Origin: the human T2T-CHM13v2.0 reference genome, Homo sapiens | NCBI RefSeq assembly: GCF_009914755.1 | Contig: NC_060948.1 | DNA length: 64,000 nucleotides | Strand: one strand, 5' to 3' | Program-made: the position numbers and the translations under genes | The notes under the pieces: generated by a model | Databases searched by the model: none | What the model was told of the DNA's origin: nothing | What the model saw: the letters and a program-made list of their open reading frames with translations, nothing else | Shown: piece by piece, positions 55,937 through 64,000 of the stretch | Layout of the letters: each line of letters opens with the position of its first letter | How positions within the stretch are numbered: the first letter of the stretch is position 1

Positions 55937-56231
55937 TTTTTTTTTTTTTTTGAGCTGGAGTTTCTTTTTTGTTGACCAGGCTGGAGTGCGATGGTATGCA
56001 ATCTCAGTTCACTGCAAGCTTCACCTCCTGGGTTGAAGCAATTCTCCTGCCTCAGCTCCCTGACTAGCTGAGATAACAGGAATGTGCCTCCACACTGAGC
56101 TAATTTTCCATTTTTTGTAGAGTCGGGGTTTCTCCATGTTAGCCTGGTTTTGAACTCCTGACCTCAGGTGATCCACCTGCCTCGTCCTCCCAGAATGCTG
56201 AGATTACAGGCGTGAGCCACCACATCTGGCC
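55937..56231 (-). mobile_element. AluS-type element
   Basis: poly(T)gagctggagtttct...ctcctgacctcaggtgatccacctgcctcg...gattacaggcgtgagccaccac. Confidence 0.93.
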
Positions 56232-56559
56232 AGAGGGAATCTTCTATCACCCTCCCGGAGAAAGCAGAGGAGAGCATTCCAATTCCCTTATGTCAGGAGT
56301 CTCTGGTAGCAAGCTGATCATCTAGGTTGACTCAACAACAACAATTTTTAAAGGGCTAGAGCTGATTAGGACTGATTGCACTGTGTGGTTTGACTGCCTC
56401 CGCACCACCCTCCTCTATTCTATCCTGTCAGTGGGCTTTAGTGGAGAGTTAACCATCTACCACCACCCACCCTCCTAGGAACTGAACAACTGAAGTAAAT
56501 CCAAACTAATTAGCACTCTGCTATTTTCCCACACTGCAGGTCAACAGGACCCCAAATTA

Positions 56560-57380
56560 GCAACTGTATGATCTACAACTGCTCCAAAGAACATCAAATG
56601 TTTTGATATGCATTTAAACAAAAGAAAACATGTATGAGATCTATGTGCTGAAACATGTAAAACACTGGTGAAAGAAATCAAATAGAGATAATGAGAGATA
56701 CACTGTGTTCATGGATATGAAGACAATATATCCTGTTAATTTTCCCCAGCTTGATCTATATATTTGGTGAAATTCCTATCAGTATCTCAGCAAGAATTTT
56801 TGCAGACAAAGCAAACTTACTCACCATGATAGCTAAGACAATTATGAGTATACAAGTATATAGTGGGAGAAATTCATCAACATTTCTAAGACTTATTACA
56901 CAGCTAAAATGAACATAACAGTTTGGTATTGGCATAGAAATAGATTCATATAAAAATGGAGCAGAAGAGAAGGCCCAGGAATAGAGCCACACTGGTGTGG
57001 ATATGACCAAGTGATATGACACAAATCTGGCAAGCAGAAATCAGTGGAGGAAAAACAGCCTTTAAACAAATGGTGCCAGGGCACGTGGATATTTATAAAT
57101 TTAAGAAATAAAGCCATAACATAAATCTTATACTACAGAAATTAACTCAAAATGTCTCATGAATTTCAATGTAATATAAAATTACAACACATTTTATAAA
57201 ACGTTTTCAGAAAAAAAGAACGTAAAAAAATTCAAGCTTCTTAGTTGTAGCAAAATGTTATTATATTTGATACCAAATGCATAAGCCATAAAAGTAAAAA
57301 AAAAGATTAACTGTATCAAATCAAAATTAAAAACTGCTGCTCTGTGAAGGATCTTATGAAGACATTCAAAAGCCAGTCTG
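56560..57380 (+). mobile_element. Ancient L1M ORF2 fragment
   Basis: gatctatgtgctgaaacatgtaaaacactggtgaaagaaatcaaa...aacaaatggtgccagg...aattaactcaaaatg...caaaattaaaaactgctgctctgtgaagg; degraded ORF2 homology. Confidence 0.75.
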
Positions 57381-57384
57381 CTAA

Positions 57385-58216
57385 AGAAAGGAGTACCCTT
57401 CTTGCTGATTGCTGTAGACAACGGGAGGAGAGCAGTACCCTCTCCGCTGAGAGCAGCAGCTGCAACAGAGAGCTTCACAGACCTGCAGAGACATCTAAAT
57501 GACTTGCCGACAGAGAGGAGCCTCTCTCTCTAGAGTGAACACACCATAGGAAGACCTGCCTATAGAGGAGAGCTACCCACTCCTTTGTGAGGTATTGCTC
57601 CTCACAAGAGGGCACTAGCTTCAGGGGTCTGCCCGCAGACCCTGACCCAAATTGCAGATGGATAAACCACACACTAGCACATAGATACTCTGTTTTGCCA
57701 GTCTAGCTGAATGTCTGAGCACCTGCATGACAAGAAAAGTTTGTTACTGAGGCCGGCCCTGAGCAGCTCGCACTCCAGGCATTTATTTAGTATACAATTA
57801 ACAACAGAAGCTTTGAGTCAGCACACTTGTGGATAATTAACCTGGCTGAGAGAGTAGACCTATGAATGATTAAAGCTCAGGTACCGTGGTCTAAAGTAAA
57901 TTACAGTATGGGGCAATATCCTTGGTCGACCTCCCTCCAATTGAATAATTGTTCAATTATTACAAGCTATGTAATCTTTCGGCCTTCCAAAAAGTTTGTG
58001 ACTATTCCCTATACCTTTCCATAATATTTCCATTTCATATTTCTGCCACCGTACTGAAGGAATCCCAACACTTTGAACCGTTTTAGTGCCAAATAGAACT
58101 CTGCTTCTTCTTTACCCTTCACCTGTCTGTGTACCTCATTCTTCCTGCAAACAGGACAAGAAGTCAAGCAAAGGCATCATGGCCACAGAAGTTTCTGGCA
58201 AGAAAAACTGACACCA
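57385..58216 (+). mobile_element. ERV1 LTR fragment (LTR1/LTR27/28-like) interrupted by a class II LTR
   Basis: gacctgcctatagaggagagctacccactcc ... cttcacctgtctgtgtacctcattcttcctg..aggacaagaa...ggccacagaagtttctggc. Confidence 0.6.
57600..58070 (-). mobile_element. Class II LTR (LTR22/HML-5-like) with adjacent PBS-like sequence
   Basis: Minus strand starts tgttgggattccttcag..ggtggcagaaata...ggaaggccgaaag and ends gggtcagggtctgcgggcagacccctg(a)a at ~57620, followed by gc-tagtgccctcttgtgagga resembling the tRNA-Met PBS TGGTGCCCCGTGTGAGGA. Confidence 0.7.
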
Positions 58217-59597
58217 TAGTGATCCTTTAACAGTAGCACTAACATTTCTGTGTGAGATTTTTATTTGAAAGTTAAACATTTGGGGAAATGTTAGGAAACT
58301 CTGAACCATATTATGACATCCTATTTGTTCATTTGTAGCTGGCTTTGTCTGATACCACCATAACAAAGGAAAGTGTATGCTTGTAAAGGAAGGGCACAAT
58401 TCCAAATTCTCTTCTTCACTTCCTTTGACATCCAAGGCAGCCCTTCTAGCTACTGATAAAAAAATATGCAGATTCCAGCTTCAACCTGGGTGTTACTTGT
58501 ACCTCCCTGGCTAGAAGCAGAAGGGTGTCCCCATATGGCAGCATTGAAAACTCTAACTCTCTACTTTCCCTTATGTGATTCCACTCCAGCAGAGGGTTGG
58601 GGTGCCTCATTACTGCCTGGTGCTCTCTATGTTTCAACTTAAACATTGTTGTCCTGGCTAGCTTTTTTGGTTTGCTTTGTTTTCTGTTGTAATGTTTGAC
58701 TAAAGTAGGAAGGCTATTGTAAAAATATTTTTCTCTTTGTAAGGTGTCCCTTTCCTAGCCATGTGGCTATAGAAGTTGGGTTTTGGGAGAACTTTTTGCC
58801 TGTACTTATTTACATTTTTGGGTACCAGCTCCATTAGGATCAAGTCTGTGATAACACCAGGCAAAAAGAATCCAGGAAACTCAACCATCTTATCACTTGT
58901 TGCATCTTAAATTTCCTCACCCGTTTATCTTCTTGCTCCATCCTTCAGTCTTATGTTTGCTTTATATACATTATGTGGTGCTATTAATTGTATTTATGTA
59001 AGGGGGAAAGTACATTTGCTCCATCTACTTCATTACTCAAGTGATGACCCAAGATGAAGAACGTCCGTGATGTTCCTTTTGGGCAGAAAATTCAAAGTAG
59101 TTTTTGTTGTTGAAACAGTTTAGTTTAACCTAGATGGAGAGAGAATACCTAAGAAGGTACAAGGTCTTTGAATCCTAGAGGAAGCTAGGATATTTTCTGG
59201 GTTAGACTACTCTGTGATTGATTACATTAAAATCTTGTCAGGATGTTCCTCAAAATACAAAGAATTTGCAGAGAGTGGGAATGAACAGATATTCTAATCA
59301 TGCTGATTACTTTACATTTTGCATTTGCTTTCTCTTTTTCCTCATTCACCCTCTCTCTACCCCTCCCTGTGCTTGTTTTATTGTTGCTTTTGTTGTTTTT
59401 TTGACACTTGCATTATTCTGGCCTTAAATTTACAATAATGTATTCCACATTTTAATCTGTCTCAGTCCATCTTTCATTACTTTATCCTTACTTTCTAAAA
59501 TATCATTTTCTTTTTTCTTTGTTGTCTTGGGGTTCACCCAAGTTAATCTTTTCACTTTTTATTTATTTGGCATTATCCATTTTATTGTTGTCCATTC

Positions 59598-59873
<276 letters not shown>

Positions 59874-60448
59874 TAATTTTTTTAAACATTCTTCATATTA
59901 ACTATTTAACCATGTCCATCGCACTACCCTCTGAAAATCCAGCGTGAGAACTAAAAAGTTAATAGTATGTGGACATAGGTGAAATGATCTTTGTCTTGTG
60001 TCATGGTCTGCCAGGAAAGGAAATCAGGATTCCCTTTTTATAGCATTGATTCTAAATTTCTTCTACTTATGCACAATCTGAAAATATAGGCATAGGGTAA
60101 GATGGCACCACTAGGTTTCCATACTGAGGAATCTGTCTGACCAAATCCATACTCCATTCCAATTTCAGTTGTCCCAGAAAACTGAGTGATGAATCTTGTC
60201 AGGCCTTAGCTGGTGACACCAAATGTTGCATAATATACCAAATCCACAGTGAATGCTCCTTCTGAACAATTGTGCAGCTGGATCCCCAGTGTAAGCCATT
60301 TCAGCACAACAACTGGGAATCTCTACAGCAAATAAAGGAAGGAGTGGCAAAGATAAAGCTATTCTTTCAGGCAAGGACCTGCCAGTCAAAGCAGAAGATG
60401 AAAAATAATTTTTAGAAGAAGCTGGGAAAAATCACAACCAGACCTTTT

Positions 60449-63400
60449 TTTCCAAAATGGTGGAATAGGAACAGCTCCAATCTACATCTCCCAGTAAGAC
60501 TGATGCAGACGATGGGTAATTTCTGCATTTCCCACTGAGGTACGGGGTTCACATCACTGGGACTTGTCAGACAGTGGGTGCAGGACAGTGGGTTCAGCGC
60601 ACTGAGCATGAGCCAAAGCAGGGCAAGGCATCACCTCACCCAGGAAGCACAAGGGGTCAGGGAATTCCCTTTCCTAGCCAAGGAAAGCTGTGACAGATGG
60701 CACCTGGAAAATCAGGTCACTCTCACCCTAATACTGCACTTTTCCAATGGTCTTAGCAAACAGGACACCAGGAGATTAGATCCCACACATGGCTCGGAGG
60801 ATCCCATGCCCACAGAGCCTCACTCATTGCTAGCACAGCAGTTGGAGATCCACCTGCAAGGTGGCAGTGAGGCTGGGGGAATGGCACCCACCATTGCTGA
60901 GGCCTGAGTAGGTAAACAGAGTGGACAGGAAGCTCGAACTGGGTGGAGCCCACCCCAGCTCAAGGAGGCCTGCCTGCTTCTACAGACTCCACATCTGGAG
61001 GCAGGACATAGCCAAACAAAAGGCAGCAGAAACCTCTGCAGACTTAAATGTCCCTGTCAGACAGCTTTCAAGAGAGTAGTGGTTCTCCCAGCACGAAGTT
61101 TCAGATCTGACAACAGACAGAGTGCCTCCTCACATGGGTCCCTGACCCCCAAGTAACCTAACTGGGAGGCATGCCCCAGTAGGGGCAGACTGACACCTCA
61201 CATGGCTGGGTACCTATCTGAGATGAAACTTTCAGAGGAATGATCAGGCAGCAACATTTGCTGTTCAGCAATATTCACTGTTTTGCAGCCTCCACTGCTG
61301 ATAACCAGGCAAACAGGGTCTGGAGTGGACCTCCAGCAAACTCCAGCAGATGTGCAGCTGAGGGTCCTGATTGTTAGAAGGAAAACTAACAAACAGAAAG
61401 GACATCCATACCAAAACCCCATTTGTACATCACCATCATGAAAGACCAAAGGAAGATGAAACCACAAAGATGGGGAAAAAACAGAGCAGAAAACCTGAAA
61501 ATTCTAAAAATCAGGGCACCTCTCACTCGCCAAAGGAACACAACTCCTCAGCAGCAATGGAACAAAGCTGGACGGACAATGACTTTGATGAGTTGAGAGA
61601 AGAAGGCTTCAGACAATCAAACTTCTCCAAGATAAAGGAGGAAGTTCAAACCCATCACAAAGAAGCTAAAAACCTTGAAAAAAGTTTAGCTGAATGGCTA
61701 ATTAGAATAACCAATGTGCAGAAGTCCTTAAATAACCTGAGGGAGGTGAAAACCATGGCACGAGAACTACATGATGAATGCACAAGCTTCATTAACTAAT
61801 CCAATCAACTGGAAGAAAGGGTATCAGAGATTGAAGATAAAATGAATGAAATGAAGTGAGAAGAGAAGTTTAGAGAAAAAATGAATAAAAAGAAATGAAC
61901 AAAGCCTCCAAGAAATATGGGACTATGTGAAAAGACCAAATCTACGTCTGATTGGTGTACCTGAAAGTGAAGTTGAGAATGGAACCAAATTGGAAAACAC
62001 TCTGCAGGATATTATCCAGGAGAACTTCCCCAACCTAGAAAGGCAGGCCAACTTTCAAATTCATTAAATACAGATAATGCAACAAAGATATTCCTCGAGA
62101 AGAGCAACTGCAAGACACAAAATTTTCAGATTCACCAAAGTTGAAAAGAAGGAAAAAATGTTAAGGGCAGCCAGGGAGAAAGGTCAGGTTACCCACAAAG
62201 GGAAGCCCGTTAGACTAACAGTGGATCTCTCAAAAGAAACTCTGAAAGCCAGAAGAGAGTGGGGGCCAATATTTAACATTCATAAAGAAAATATTTTTCA
62301 ACCCAGAATTTCATATCGAGCCACACTAAGCTTCATAAGTGAAGAAGAAAAAAAAATCCTTTACAGACAAGCAAATGCTGAGAGATTTTGTCACAACAAG
62401 GCCTGCCCTACAAGAGCTCCTGAAGGAAGCACTAAACATGGAAAGGAAAAACTGGTACCAGCCACTGTAAAAATGTGCCAAATTTTAAAGACCATCAATG
62501 CTAGGAAGAAACTGCATCAACTAACGAGCAAAATAACCAGCTAATATCATAATGACAGGATCAAATTCACACATAACACCATTAACCTTAAATATAAATG
62601 GGCCAAATGCTCCAATTAAAAGATGCAGACTGGCAAATCGGATAAAGAATCAAGATCCATCAGTGTGCTGTATTCAGGAAACCCATCTCACATGCAGAGA
62701 CACACATAGGCTTAAAATAAAGGGATGGAGGAAGATCTACCAAGCAAATGGAAAACAAAAAGAGGCAGCGGTTGCAATCCTAGTCTCTGATAAAACAGGC
62801 TTTAAACCAACAAGAACAAAAGAGAAAAAGAAGGCCATTACATAATGGTAAAGGGATAAATACAACAAAAAGAGCTAACTATCCTAAATATATATGCGCC
62901 CAATACAGGAGCACCCAAATTCATAAAGCAAGTTCTTAGAGACCTACAAAGAGACTTGGACTCCCACAGAATAATAATGGGAGGCTTTAACACCCCACTG
63001 TCTACATTAGACAGATCAATGAGACAGAAAGTTAACAATGACATCCAGGAATTGAACTCAGCTCTGCACCAAGCAGACCTAATAGACATCTACAGAACTC
63101 TCCACCACAAATCAACATAATATACATTCCTCTCAGCACCACATCTCACTTATTCCAAAATTGACCACATAGTTGGAAGTAAAGCACTCCTCAGCAAATG
63201 TAGAAGAACAGACATTATAGCAAACTGTCTGTCAGACCATGGTGCAATCAAACTAGAACTTAGGATTAAGAAACTCACTCAAAACCACTCAACTACATGG
63301 AAACTGAACATCATGCTCCTGAATGACTACTTGGGTACATAACAAAATGAAGGCACAAATAAAGATGTTCTTTGAAACCAATGAGAAGAAAGACACAACA

Positions 63401-64000
63401 TACCAGAATCTCTGCGACACATTTAAAACAGTGTGTAGAGGGAAATTTATAGCATTAAATGCCCACAAGAGAAAGCAGGAAAGATCCAAAATTCACACCC
63501 TAACATCACAATTAAAAGAACTAGAGAAGCATGAGGAAACATATTCAAAAGCTAGCAGAAGGCAAGAAATAACTAATATCAGAGCAGAACTGAAGGAAAT
63601 TGAGACCCAAAAACCCTTCAAAAAATCAATGAATCCAGGAGCTGGTTTTTGGAAAAGATCAACAAAATTGATAGACCGCTAGCAAGACTAACAAAGAAGA
63701 AAAGAGAGAAGAATCAAATAAACGCAATAAAGAATGATAAAGGGGATATCACCACTGATCTCACAGAAGTACAAACTACCATCATAGAATACTATAAACA
63801 CCTCTATGCAAATAAACTAGAAAATCTAGAAGAAATGGATAAATTCCTTGACACACACATCCTCCCAAGACTAAACCAGGAAGAAGTTGAACCTCTGAAT
63901 AGACCAATAGCAGGCTCTGAAATTGAGGCAATAATTAGTAGCTTACCAACCAAAAAAAGTGCAGGACCAGATGGATTCACGACTGAATTCTACAAGAGGT
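60449..64000 (+). mobile_element. L1 (L1PA4-6-like) from its 5' end, running off the window; ORF1 and ORF2 disrupted
   Basis: 5' UTR ccaaaatggtggaataggaacagctcc; ORF1 ATG at 61470 (MGKKQSRK..) with a stop at 61799; ORF2 ATG at 62552 (MTGSNSHIT..LNINGPNAPIKR..QETHL) frameshifted at ~62830. Confidence 0.97.

Noticed and set aside
61371-63682. Potentially active full-length L1
   Set aside because: ORF1 has a premature stop and frameshifts, and ORF2 is frameshifted early in the endonuclease domain.

Overview
Eukaryotic (catarrhine primate, human-like) genomic DNA that is repeat-saturated and has no intact protein-coding gene, RNA gene or CRISPR array. The non-repeat backbone is a decayed, intron-retaining copy of the X-linked OFD1 3' end (+ strand; exons matching 18, 20, start of 21, 22, 23) lying tail-to-tail with the last exon of GPM6B (- strand). 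This block occurs twice as an old diverged direct duplication (unit 1 ~20404-32204, unit 2 ~41038-55825), which points (by inference) to a Y-chromosome ampliconic OFD1P/GPM6BP region. Interspersed are two ERV3-like class I proviral remnants with GA>AA hypermutation, a deleted HML-3 (MER9) provirus, an LTR22-like LTR with its PBS, an LTR-env-LTR chimera, many L1PA elements (twin-primed, chimeric, duplicated) and Alus. I found no convincing new biological system. The most unusual signals are fossil rearrangement and repair scars: an Alu split 12 kb apart by two complementary copies of one L1, and a patchwork of inverted templated insertions. Gene and repeat family names come from my recall of reference sequences, not database searches.
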